A DNA stretch of 64,000 nucleotides from Gammaproteobacteria bacterium. GTDB taxonomy: Bacteria > Pseudomonadota > Gammaproteobacteria > GCA-002705445 > GCA-002716945. Below are positions 43,327 to 53,094 of this stretch, piece after piece (the first letter of the stretch is position 1; each line of letters begins with the position of its first letter). The translations under genes were made by a program, and so were the position numbers. The stretch is from assembly GCA_038142325.1 (NCBI GenBank), contig JAYQJW010000002.1, positions 399,702 through 463,701 of the forward strand, given 5' to 3'. Under the pieces are notes generated by a model. The model was given only the letters and a program-made list of their open reading frames with translations, had not been told where the DNA came from and did no database searches.

Positions 43327-44088
43327 TTATATATAACAAAGATCCAACACAAAATTTATATCTTGGTTCAATCTTATAATTTTATTATTATCATCAATTG
43401 TCATAAAAGCAATAGTTGCTCTTTGAGGACCTACACTTATTTTAGGAAAAAAATAATTATCTGTTTTCATTGTCACTCTTAATAGTCTAATCTTTTTTTC
43501 TATATCCATTTTGAATAGATACATTCCATCCTTAGCAGTTATTTCAACAGTTTCAGAGCTTTTCCTGAGTAGATCAAGGCAAAAGAAAATGGAGTTTTCA
43601 ATAGGTTTAATTAATTCTAACCATAGATTAATTTGGTTTTTTCTAAAGTCATGATCTCTGGAAAGCCAATAATCTAGATCAGGACATGATGTATTAATAT
43701 GTTTGATAATTGTTTGAAGTAACTCATCATTTTTTAAGACATTTAAATAATTTGCCTCTAAGTCATGTAAGGTTTTAAGAATAGCGTTCTGTTTTTCCAT
43801 TATTGAATTTAATTTAATTTTATCTGCCCGATCAAATTTGATGTATTCTTGATACCGCACTTTGTGAGTCTCAATCTCAGATATAAGATCTCGCTTTATT
43901 TCACTTCTAGTTAAATTAATAAATAGTTCGGAAATATTTAATAATGTTGAATATGCATCATACTTTGAATCAATATCCATATGATTATTTATCTTCATAT
44001 AAATATTTTCAAATCTAAGAAACTTTCTGATTCTTTCATCAACAGGTTGTTCATAGATTGAAGCGTGTATATCAGAAAAATTATTCAT
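43327..44088 (-). CDS. zapD: Cell division protein ZapD
   Basis: 253 aa. The N-terminal YEQPVDERIRKFLRFE resembles the ZapD/YacF start. It sits in the canonical position next to coaE. Confidence 0.75.
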   Translation of the reverse strand: MNNFSDIHASIYEQPVDERIRKFLRFENIYMKINNHMDIDSKYDAYSTLLNISELFINLTRSEIKRDLISEIETHKVRYQEYIKFDRADKIKLNSIMEKQNAILKTLHDLEANYLNVLKNDELLQTIIKHINTSCPDLDYWLSRDHDFRKNQINLWLELIKPIENSIFFCLDLLRKSSETVEITAKDGMYLFKMDIEKKIRLLRVTMKTDNYFFPKISVGPQRATIAFMTIDDNNKIIRLNQDINFVLDLCYI

Positions 44089-44106
44089 GTTTTGATAATT
44101 CCTTCA

Positions 44107-44643
44107 TTAAAATATTGATTTAGCATGCATGGACTGACTTATATTTTCAAGAATAATATTGCAGGATTTTTTAATAATTTCATAGTCATTTTGAATGCTA
44201 TCGAGTTGATCAAAAATATCTATATCATTCTTATTATTAGTATTATATCTTTCACGCCTGACCTGTTTGGGAGCATCTACATATATAGAATTATATTTCT
44301 TAAAAAGGAATTGATTATTTATTATAGGAGGAAGTTCAATCATGGAATTATCACTTTTACTAAATATATCTGAGATCATTTCATATATAATGGGATGAAT
44401 AATATTTTCAATTTCCTCTTTATTTTTTCTTGATTTAAAAAAATAATCTCTAATATCATCTTTAAAATTTTTCCTTGTTTGTTTTATACCGATATTATTT
44501 TTTAATTGATTTATTACACTTTCATCCTCATAAAGTTTAGAAACAATCTCATCAGATTTATAGGTTTGAAAGTTATAATTCTTTGCTACATCTAGAAGTG
44601 TGCTTTTTCCAGAACATACAAGTCCTGTAACAAGGTAATTCAT
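44107..44643 (-). CDS. coaE: Dephospho-CoA kinase
   Basis: 178 aa with the P-loop GLVCSGKST at the N-terminus. Its length and position next to zapD fit coaE. Confidence 0.8.
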   Translation of the reverse strand: MNYLVTGLVCSGKSTLLDVAKNYNFQTYKSDEIVSKLYEDESVINQLKNNIGIKQTRKNFKDDIRDYFFKSRKNKEEIENIIHPIIYEMISDIFSKSDNSMIELPPIINNQFLFKKYNSIYVDAPKQVRRERYNTNNKNDIDIFDQLDSIQNDYEIIKKSCNIILENISQSMHAKSIF

Positions 44644-44723
44644 TATCTAAGGATGACGGTTAATGTGATTCCAATTATCAATATAATAATTAGAGTGAGC
44701 AATAAAGGTTGTCTTCTAGTCAT
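44643..44723 (-). CDS. Possible 26-aa hydrophobic mini-protein (MTRRQPLLLTLIIILIIGITLTVILR)
   Basis: Hand-found ORF. Its TAA overlaps the coaE ATG (TAATG) and its ATG overlaps the upstream ORF stop (ATGA). It has a single predicted TM helix. No homology is claimed. Confidence 0.25.
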   Translation of the reverse strand: MTRRQPLLLTLIIILIIGITLTVILR

Positions 44724-44908
44724 TTTTTATTTGGACATTGATTAATTTGACTTTCAGTACGACATAGATTCTTTTCCAGTACATGAAAACAGCACTAGCC
44801 ACACATAACCATATCATTTGTATCTTTAATTATTTCTCTAGATTGCTTGTTCCTTTTGAGAAAGAAATAAGCGACAATTATAACTGAAAGTATTAGGATA
44901 ATTTTCAT
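44720..44908 (-). pseudogene. Small membrane-anchored zinc-ribbon-like protein (resembles the PP0621 family), in-frame TAG at 44795-44797
   Basis: Hand translation: MKIILILSVIIVAYFFLKRNKQSREIIKDTNDMVMCG(TAG)CCFHVLEKNLCRTESQINQCPNKK. It has an N-terminal TM helix plus MV.C..C..H. The pattern is recalled from memory of the family and not searched. Confidence 0.3.
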
Positions 44909-44959
44909 ACTTTTTATAATGGATTTTTTACATAATAATTTCAACTATTAAATAAATCA

Positions 44960-45709
44960 ATGATGAATGATCAAGATACAATTAGACATATAGTTGATTG
45001 GATTAATCAATATGTCAGGAATATGCCAAAACCGGCCGAAAGTTTGATTGTTGGTATATCCGGAGGTATCGACTCTTCACTTACAAGTACATTAGCCAGC
45101 ATGACGGGCATAAAAACTTTTGCTGTTTCAATGCCTATCAATACTAATGACAATGATACTAATCTTGGGCACGTGCATGGTAAATGGTTAGAAGGGAAAT
45201 TCAATAATACAAGTCTTGTTAATATTGACCTAACATCTACATATAAAATATTTAATTCAACTATTTGTGATGTAAATCAAAAATCTGACTTAGGCTTTGC
45301 AAATTCTAAATCTAGATTAAGAATGGTCACATTATATCAAGTTGCTGCTGCTCAAAATGGAATTGTAGTAGGTACTGGTAATAAAGTTGAGGATTTTGGC
45401 GTTGGCTTTTATACAAAATATGGTGATGGAGGAGTTGATATTGCTCCTATAGCTGATCTCATGAAATCTGAAGTTAAAAGTTTGTCACAAAGTCTTGGTA
45501 TTGATCAAAGAATTATCGAAGCACCTCCTCGCGATGGACTCTGGGATGATGATCGAACTGATGAGACTCAGCTTGGGTTATCATATGATGAATTAGAAGA
45601 TGCAATGATGAATGCAGAATCAGGAAATAGACAAAAATATGATTCTATTCGTAAAAATAACCTGCACAAAATGTTGCCAATTCCGGTGTGCAAAATACCT
45701 AGATCTTAA
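44960..45709 (+). CDS. nadE: Ammonia-dependent NAD+ synthetase
   Basis: 249 aa with the PP-loop GISGGIDSS and downstream NadE-like blocks (TGNKVEDFGVGFYTKYGDGG). Confidence 0.88.
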   Translation: MMNDQDTIRHIVDWINQYVRNMPKPAESLIVGISGGIDSSLTSTLASMTGIKTFAVSMPINTNDNDTNLGHVHGKWLEGKFNNTSLVNIDLTSTYKIFNSTICDVNQKSDLGFANSKSRLRMVTLYQVAAAQNGIVVGTGNKVEDFGVGFYTKYGDGGVDIAPIADLMKSEVKSLSQSLGIDQRIIEAPPRDGLWDDDRTDETQLGLSYDELEDAMMNAESGNRQKYDSIRKNNLHKMLPIPVCKIPRS

Positions 45710-46548
45710 AATAAACCTAAATCGAAGAAAGAGCTCTCTATTTTTTCTTCTTTTTTGATATTTTTATCATGAATTAGGACTTTACCATTCTGATTAACTT
45801 TATAAGAATAATTTGAATAGTTTGTTACCAGTACTTTTGCATTATCTAATGCTAAATTAAAAGATCCAAGATTATTATAGCTCTCTATTAAAATGAGAAG
45901 AGCATCTTTGGTTGCAGGGGCCCCCGGATAAGTCTCAAGCATATATTTTGCTCTCTCACTTGATGCGACATAAGCTCCACGTTTGAGATAGTAATTTGCA
46001 ATGTATGTTTCATGTTTCGCCATACTATTTCTTAAAAAGATCAGTCTATTTTCAGCATCATCAGCATACTTACTGCCTTTGAACCTATTACTAATTTCGA
46101 GGAAGTCATTGTAGGCTCTTTTGAGACGTGTTACATCATATTTGGAGATATCTTGACCAAGTATTTCTTGAAAAAAAGGTTGCTCTTTTTCAAGATTAGA
46201 TAAAGCTCTCATGTAATAAGCATAGTCAACCTTCGGATGATTTGGATATAAATCTATGAACTTATCACATTCTGCAATCGTGTCGTCTTTTTGACCAAAG
46301 TCATAATATGCAAATGCAAGATCAAGTATTGATTGTTGTGAATATGTGGAAAACGGAAATCTAGCTTCAAGTATTTCAAATACTGTGACTGCCTGCGGTA
46401 TGTCTGCATTAGCTAGAAATCCTGAACCTTCATTGTATAATTCAACTTCTGACATTCCCTCATAAGGATCAACTTTAGCCTTTTCTAAAACTGCGCAACT
46501 ACTCAAACAAAATAAAAATACAATTAATGAAAGATTAAATTTTTTCAT
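45706..46548 (-). CDS. bamD: Outer membrane protein assembly factor BamD (lipoprotein, TPR)
   Basis: 280 aa with a lipobox LSSC signal peptide and TPR-like repeats. It is in the canonical divergent arrangement with rluD. Confidence 0.82.
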   Translation of the reverse strand: MKKFNLSLIVFLFCLSSCAVLEKAKVDPYEGMSEVELYNEGSGFLANADIPQAVTVFEILEARFPFSTYSQQSILDLAFAYYDFGQKDDTIAECDKFIDLYPNHPKVDYAYYMRALSNLEKEQPFFQEILGQDISKYDVTRLKRAYNDFLEISNRFKGSKYADDAENRLIFLRNSMAKHETYIANYYLKRGAYVASSERAKYMLETYPGAPATKDALLILIESYNNLGSFNLALDNAKVLVTNYSNYSYKVNQNGKVLIHDKNIKKEEKIESSFFDLGLF

Positions 46549-46565
46549 GGGTATATCATTATATC

Positions 46566-47510
46566 ATGGAAGGAAACAATGTTTACAACTTTACGTTGGA
46601 GATAGATAAAGAGGATAGACTTGATAAACATCTTAAAAATCATTTTCCAGAGTATTCAAGAGCAACTATCCAAAAATGGATAAAAAACGACAACGTTAAA
46701 ATAGACGGAAAAACATGTGCTCAAAAAGATATAATTAAATCAAGTTGTAATGTTTCCATTGTTATTACTTCTAAACCTGAAGTCAATTTAATTGCCGAAG
46801 ATATTGATCTTGATGTGATACATGAATGTAGTGAATATATTGTTGTTAACAAACCATCTGGCATGGTGACGCATATTGCACCGGGTCATCTTGCTGGTAC
46901 TCTGCAGAATGCTCTATATTATAGATATCCAGATTTAGCAAATGTCCCACGTACAGGGATAATTCATCGCCTTGACAAGGATACATCTGGAGTACTTGTA
47001 GTTGCAAGAAACCTGATTGCACACAACTACTTAAGCACTCAATTACAAGAGCATAAATTTGAAAAAACTTATCATGCTATTATTTCTAGAGTATTAGATA
47101 AACCTACTACAATAGAAGAAAATATAGGTAGACATCCAATAAATAGAAAAAAAATGACTGTCACAAGTAATGGCAAGCATGCAAAATCTATAGTCAAACC
47201 AATAACTAATTTAGTTAACTCCTCTCATGTTGAAATTAAAATTATAACTGGACGCACTCATCAGATAAGAGTACATATGTCTTTCCTCAATCATCCTATC
47301 ATTGGAGATAAACTATATGGATATAGAAAAAATATTTTTAACAAATATCCAAATCTTCTAAAACATATTGATCCAACTTTTGGTCAATACTTACATGCTT
47401 ACTCTTTATCATTTAGAGACAATATTTCTGGAAGAATGAAATCCTTCAATGCAAGTTATCCAACTCAATATAATTCTTTACTTGAAAACATGAATGAACA
47501 TTTATCATGA
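46566..47510 (+). CDS. rluD: 23S rRNA pseudouridine synthase RluD
   Basis: 314 aa with an S4 domain at the N-terminus, HRLDKDTSGVLV and RTHQIRVH motifs. Confidence 0.88.
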   Translation: MEGNNVYNFTLEIDKEDRLDKHLKNHFPEYSRATIQKWIKNDNVKIDGKTCAQKDIIKSSCNVSIVITSKPEVNLIAEDIDLDVIHECSEYIVVNKPSGMVTHIAPGHLAGTLQNALYYRYPDLANVPRTGIIHRLDKDTSGVLVVARNLIAHNYLSTQLQEHKFEKTYHAIISRVLDKPTTIEENIGRHPINRKKMTVTSNGKHAKSIVKPITNLVNSSHVEIKIITGRTHQIRVHMSFLNHPIIGDKLYGYRKNIFNKYPNLLKHIDPTFGQYLHAYSLSFRDNISGRMKSFNASYPTQYNSLLENMNEHLS

Positions 47511-48232
47511 TTACTAGATATAAAATAGACTGGAAAGTACCTAGTAACATTGAATTTTTTATCTCAACCAATCAGTCGGGTTTTAGTAGAGAAAAATTCA
47601 AACATGCAAATTTCTCATTGAATGTTGGAGATAATCAAACAAATGTTCAATCCAATATTAATTGTCTAAAAAATCAACTTAATATAAATCATATTGTATT
47701 TATGAATCAGACTCATTCAAACTTAGTCAGTAATGTATCAACCAACAGCAAGTATGCAGATAGTGATGCTATTTTTTCAAATGATAAACATATTGCTTGT
47801 GCTGTTTTAACTGCAGATTGCATACCTATCTTAATTACTAATAAAGCAGGTTCAATTATAGGTTGTATACATGCTGGATGGAAAGGACTTAGACATAATA
47901 TTATTGAAAATTTTTTTAATGAACTTTCTAATATAAAAAAAGAAGATATCATGGTGTTACTAGGACCATGTATTTCCCAAAATAATTATGAGGTTGATGA
48001 AGATGTTTTGAATCAATTTCCAAAATATTCTAAAAGATTTGAAAAAGTGAAAAACGGTAAATATAAAATGAATCTTCGATATATTGCATATGATATATTA
48101 TCTGAAATTGGTATCACTGATGTTACAATATCAAAGTCATGTACTTTTGATGAGGGTTTTTACTCTTATAGAAAGGATGGTATTACTGGAAGATTTATTT
48201 CACTAATTTGGTTTAAGGATGCTTCAAGATAA
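47507..48232 (+). CDS. pgeF: YfiH/PgeF family (laccase-domain) peptidoglycan editing factor
   Basis: 241 aa with NQTHS, TADCIPI and HAGWKG motifs, in the canonical position after rluD. Confidence 0.85.
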   Translation: MITRYKIDWKVPSNIEFFISTNQSGFSREKFKHANFSLNVGDNQTNVQSNINCLKNQLNINHIVFMNQTHSNLVSNVSTNSKYADSDAIFSNDKHIACAVLTADCIPILITNKAGSIIGCIHAGWKGLRHNIIENFFNELSNIKKEDIMVLLGPCISQNNYEVDEDVLNQFPKYSKRFEKVKNGKYKMNLRYIAYDILSEIGITDVTISKSCTFDEGFYSYRKDGITGRFISLIWFKDASR

Positions 48233-49128
48233 GATTAAAAATATAAAAATATTTCCTTTCATAGGGTTATTAATTATTTTAGGCCTTGTTTATGGGGGCT
48301 ACACATTATATAGCAAAATTCAATTTTTATAAGTCATTTGCAAACAAGACTCGTGTAATATCCGTCGTTGCGAAAGAAGCGGAAATTAAACCTATTAATA
48401 AGATATATCCTGCAACATCAGTGATAGAAGCTAATAGATCATTTGATGTCACATCAAAAACAAGTGGCATTTTAAATGATATTTTTTTTAACGAATCATC
48501 TTTTGTAAAAAAAGGAGATAAGCTTTTTTCAATTCTATCAACTTCATCTATTGGAGAAATAGTTATATCTGCTCCCTTTAACGGGTTTGTGGGTATTACT
48601 GATTTTAAAATTGGTGATGAATTAAAAAACGGCGACGTATTATTAACGCTTGATGATATGGTGACCATGAAAGCATATTTGTATTTACCAGAAAAAATTT
48701 TACCTCAATTAAAAGGACCTATCAAATACACTGCGTATTCAAAGTTATTTCCCAAAGAAAAATATACTGGAGTCATTACTAATATTAATCAAAGAGTTGA
48801 TGCTGAAACAAGAACAATCAAATCATATGCTTTGATTGATAATAAAAATGGAGCATTAAGGCCAGGTCTCTTGCTTAATATAGATATTATTCTAGAGGAA
48901 ATTCCTGATGCTATTCTTGTTCCTGAACAGTCAATTCTAACCGCTGAGGATTATAGCTATGTTTTTATAGTTGAAGAAGATATTTCGAAACTTAAAAAAA
49001 TTACATCCGGTATTAACAATAAAGGTATGACACAAATTCTTTCTGGTATAAATGAGGGTGATCTTGTTGTAACACTAGGACAAGAGAAACTTAAAGATGG
49101 TTCAAAAATTAAATTAATTAGCGAATAA
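48219..49128 (+). pseudogene. RND efflux periplasmic adaptor (membrane fusion protein) lacking the alpha-hairpin, frame break near the 5' end
   Basis: From ATG at 48219, MLQDKIKNIKIFPFIGLLIILGLVYGGYTLYSKIQF (TM anchor) joins the ORF 48286-49128 across the T5 run at 48324-48328. The two lipoyl halves, SGILNDIFFNESSFVKKGDKLFSI and ISAPFNGFVG, are separated by only about 10 aa. Confidence 0.7.
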
Positions 49129-52100
49129 TGCATATATCTGAAACTACAGTAAAAAGACCTGTATTGGCTGCCGTTCTGAGCTTATTCGTAGTGCTTATAG
49201 GGATAGCCTCCTATGACAAACTTACAATAAGAGAATACCCAGACATTGACCGTCCAGTTGTGACAGTCACCACAGTATACAAAGGCGCATCATCAAAGAT
49301 ACTTGAGCGAGATGTGACTCAAATTATAGAAGACTCATTAGCTGGTATATCAGGTATTAGAGAAATAACATCTGAAAGTAAAGATGAGGTTTCAAAAATT
49401 CGAGTAGAATTTAATCTTGAAACTAAAATAGATTCAGCTGCAAACGATGTTAGGGATAAAGTTTCAAGAGTAGCTGCCTTGTTACCTGATCAAGCAGATA
49501 GCCCTAGAATTGCTAAATCTGATTCTGATGCTCGAGCGATGATGTGGATTGGTTTCTCAAGCGATATATTAACCTCAATTCAATTAAATGATTACCTGGA
49601 AAGAAATGTTGTTGATAGGTTATCTATTCAACCTGGTGTTGCTTCTATTACTATAGGGGGTGAGCGAAAGTATTCTGTAAGAGTTTGGATGGATCCTGAA
49701 TTAATTTCATCTCGACAGCTAACTGTAATAGATGTCATCAAAGCAATTAAAGAGGAAAATATTGAAAGAGGCGCAGGTCGATTTGAATCTAAGGAGAGGG
49801 AGATTGGTTTAAAACTTGATTCCAAGCTCAAGACATTAGAAGAGTACAATAAAATTGTAATTAAGCACTATGGTGATTCTAAAATATATTTATCTGATGT
49901 AGCAAGAGTTGAAATCGGACCTGAATCAGATAGAGGATTTTTAAGAGCAAATAAAAAAAGTGCAATCGGACTAGGTATCGTAAGACAAACTAAGTCAAAT
50001 GTTCTTGATGTTGCAAATAGTATTAAATCAGAACTGGAACTTATAGAACCCTCTTTACCTGAAAGTATAGATATGTCAATTGGTTATGATCAGTCTAAAT
50101 TTGTAAATGAATCAATAAGCGAAATTCGATTTGCTCTGACAGTATCCATGATACTTGTTATCTTAATTATCTATTATTTTTTATCATCTAAGACAGCTAC
50201 AATAATACCAGCTGTTACTATACCAATTTCACTCATAGGCACTTTTTTCATTATATATATATTTGGTTATTCTCTGAATGTCCTTACATTTTTAGCGCTT
50301 GTATTAGCTATAGGCTTAATAGTCGATGACTCCATTGTTGTGATGGAGAATATAAAAAGAAGAATAGAGAATGGAGAGGATAATTACACTGCTTCAATAA
50401 ATGGTGCAAAACAAATTACTTTCGTTGTAATAGCAACCACACTAGTTCTTGTAAGTGTGTTTCTCCCTCTATCTTTTATGGGTGGTAAAACCGGCAGGCT
50501 TTTCATAGAATTTGGGGTAGTTTTATCTTTCGCAGTTATTATTTCAAGTTTCATTGCACTTACATTAACTCCAATGATGTGCTCAAAACTACTGGAAAAT
50601 GATAAAAATAATACACAAAGACAATTATTTTTAAAATTTAAAGATTTCTATCATAAATCATTGATAGTGTCTCAATCTAATAAGAAAATCGTATACACCA
50701 TTACCATCTTTTTTATCATTATATCTATCCTATTGTTTCAATTTATATCAAAAGAAATTGCACCTTCTGAAGATCGAGGCCTATTTATTGTATCAGTGAA
50801 TGCTCCTGAGGGTTCATCTTTGGAATATACAAATAAAATGGTCACAAAAGTAGAAGATATTCTAATGAAATATGTAGAAAAAGGAGAGGTTAAAACTGTT
50901 TTTGCAATTGTAGCTCCTGGTTTCTCTGGACAACCTGGCAGTGTCAACTCTGCCTTCATATTTGCATCGCTAGTTCCGTGGGAAGACAGATCTAGGCATC
51001 AAAAAGAAATTGTTCGAGAGATTTTTCCACAACTGATATCAATGCCTGGCGCTATGATATTCACTATTAACCCGCCAAGCTTAGGTCAAAGCCCATTTAA
51101 ATCACCTGTGAGAGTTGTTATTAGCGGAAATGATTATAAAGAAGTGGGTGATTGGGGAATTTAGTAAAAGATATATCACAAGACATTGGTTTAAGAAATG
51201 CTAGGATTGATTATAAGATTGATAAACCAAGATTAAATTTGAAAATTAACCGGGATGCAGCATCAAATCTTGGTGTGTCTGCCGATGATATTGCTACTAC
51301 ACTTGAATCGCTGTATGGATCAAGACAAGTTACTAACTATTCATACAACGGACTTACATACAACGTTATCATAAAAGCAGATGATAATTTTCTTATTAAC
51401 GAAAGAAATTTGGATAATATTTTTATTAAATCAAGTACAACTAATAAATTAATACCTTTAAGTAATTTAGTTACTAATTTCAAAGAGGGGACTAGTAATA
51501 GTTTAAAAAGAGTAAACAGATTACCCTCGGTGACTCTATCTTCTTCTATATCTCCAGGATCATCACTTGGTGATACTCTCGATAATTTGGTAAACAAATC
51601 AAAAAATGCTCTCTCTTCTAATGCAAAATTATCCTTTGCAGGTGCCTCAAAAGAATATTTTGAAACTGGTTATAAACTTGAACTTACAATTATACTTGCC
51701 ATCTTAGTTGTTTATTTAGTTCTTTCTGCACAATTTGAGAGTTTTAGAAATCCATTAATAATAATTTTAACAATACCTATTACGTTGACAGCTGGTATAT
51801 ATTCACTTTTTGTTACAGGCACTTCGTTAAATGTTTATAGTCAAATTGGTTTTCTAATGTTAATAGGGCTTATAGCTAAAAATGGTATTTTAGTTGTAGA
51901 ATTTGCAAATCAATTAAAACTAGAGGGTATGAAAAAAGCAGAAGCAATTGTAGAGTCATCGTTATTAAGATTTAGACCAGTTGTTATGACAACTTTATCG
52001 ACATTACTGGGTGCTATCCCTCTCATCTTGAGTAGCGGTGCTGGTGCTGAAAGTCGATTTGCAATGGCAATTGTAGTATTTGGCGGAATAGGACTAGCCT

Positions 52101-52159
52101 CTTTTATCACCCTCTATCTAATTCCTGCCTTATATATTTTAATAGAAAAGGATGACTAA
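49128..52159 (+). pseudogene. RND family efflux permease (AcrB/HAE-type), one frame break
   Basis: Fragments are 49128-51164 and 51152-52159, colinear with 12-TM RND pumps (about 1010 aa combined). The break is at the G4 run 51154-51157. Confidence 0.85.
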
Positions 52160-52482
52160 TTCTTTGGAATAATCTTAAGACCTTTTTGTTTAGAATAATA
52201 TGTCGATAAGTCGATGATGTCTTGCTCAGATAAGCCTGCTGCAAAACCACTCATAATTGCATTTTTTCTATCACCAGATTTATATGCTTTCAACGAATGT
52301 ATCAGATAATTTTTATATTGACCTGCTAATCTTGGATACATCTTATTATTACTATTACCATCTGCTCCATGGCATGCAGCACATGTGATTGATTTTTCTT
52401 TTCCACGATCAAAACTTGAATCAGCCAGTGAAGAATGAGTAACAATTAAAAACAATACTAATATGAAATTTATCCTAATCAT
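52156..52482 (-). CDS. Monoheme class I cytochrome c (cytochrome c4 half-like)
   Basis: 108 aa with a signal peptide, one CAACHG heme motif, and PRLAGQ...Y...L..Y..G.R. Confidence 0.8.
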   Translation of the reverse strand: MIRINFILVLFLIVTHSSLADSSFDRGKEKSITCAACHGADGNSNNKMYPRLAGQYKNYLIHSLKAYKSGDRKNAIMSGFAAGLSEQDIIDLSTYYSKQKGLKIIPKN

Positions 52483-52784
52483 TGAATTGACTCGAAATAT
52501 TTAGCTATATCAATAATATCTTGATCAGATAGCCCTGAAGCATTTGCATGCATAGTCTCATGGTTTCTGTCTCTTTTTTGATAAGACTTCAATGCAGAAA
52601 CAATATAATCTGAATGTTGCCCACCTAATTTAGGTACTTTGTATGTAGGATATGTATTGTTGTATCCCTCAATAGCATGACAGCCTAAACAAGTTTCAGA
52701 TTTCTCTCTGCCTGTATACTCATCAGCATTCGATATAGAGAGTGTTAGGGAAAATAAGATTATGCTTTTAAATATAGCTTTCAT
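52479..52784 (-). CDS. Monoheme class I cytochrome c (cytochrome c4 half-like)
   Basis: 101 aa with a signal peptide and one CLGCHA heme motif. It has a 4-nt ATGA overlap with the downstream cytochrome gene. Confidence 0.8.
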   Translation of the reverse strand: MKAIFKSIILFSLTLSISNADEYTGREKSETCLGCHAIEGYNNTYPTYKVPKLGGQHSDYIVSALKSYQKRDRNHETMHANASGLSDQDIIDIAKYFESIQ

Positions 52785-52838
52785 AAAATCTGTGGCATTA
52801 TAGCACTAAATTTATAAGAGATAAAATAAGATTTTTTT

Positions 52839-52846
52839 TGTATAAT
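52839..52846 (+). promoter_or_regulatory. Putative extended -10 promoter element (TGTATAAT) upstream of the zinc-ribbon gene and aspS
   Basis: TG at 52839-52840 plus TATAAT at 52841-52846, 36 nt upstream of the ATG at 52883. No convincing -35 was seen. Confidence 0.3.
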
Positions 52847-52882
52847 GTTGATGAAAATCAATAAATAACACACTCAAAAAAT

Positions 52883-53092
52883 ATGCCAATATATGAATAT
52901 AAATGTAAAGTCTGCGACAAGGTGTTCGAGGCTATGCAGAAAATATCAGATAAAAAACTTACTAATTGTAAGTGTGGTAAAAACGGTGCCGTTGAACGCA
53001 TGGTATCATCTTCTGGTTTTAGACTGAAAGGTTCTGGATGGTATGAAACCGATTTTAAGACAAAGAAATCAGAGAAAAAAACGGATACATAA
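52883..53092 (+). CDS. FmdB-family zinc-ribbon protein (CxxC...CxxC)
   Basis: 69 aa starting MPIYEYKCKVCDKVFE, followed by ...CKCG. The typical position is directly upstream of aspS. Confidence 0.8.
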   Translation: MPIYEYKCKVCDKVFEAMQKISDKKLTNCKCGKNGAVERMVSSSGFRLKGSGWYETDFKTKKSEKKTDT

Positions 53093-53094
53093 GT

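Noticed and set aside
674-44797. Possible stop-codon reassignment or an alternative genetic code, as an explanation for the in-frame TAA (674, 17275) and TAG (44795).
   Set aside because: TAA, TAG and TGA all terminate many well-conserved genes in this window at the expected protein ends (for example fae TAA, ftsL TAG, ftsZ TGA). A global recoding is therefore not supported.
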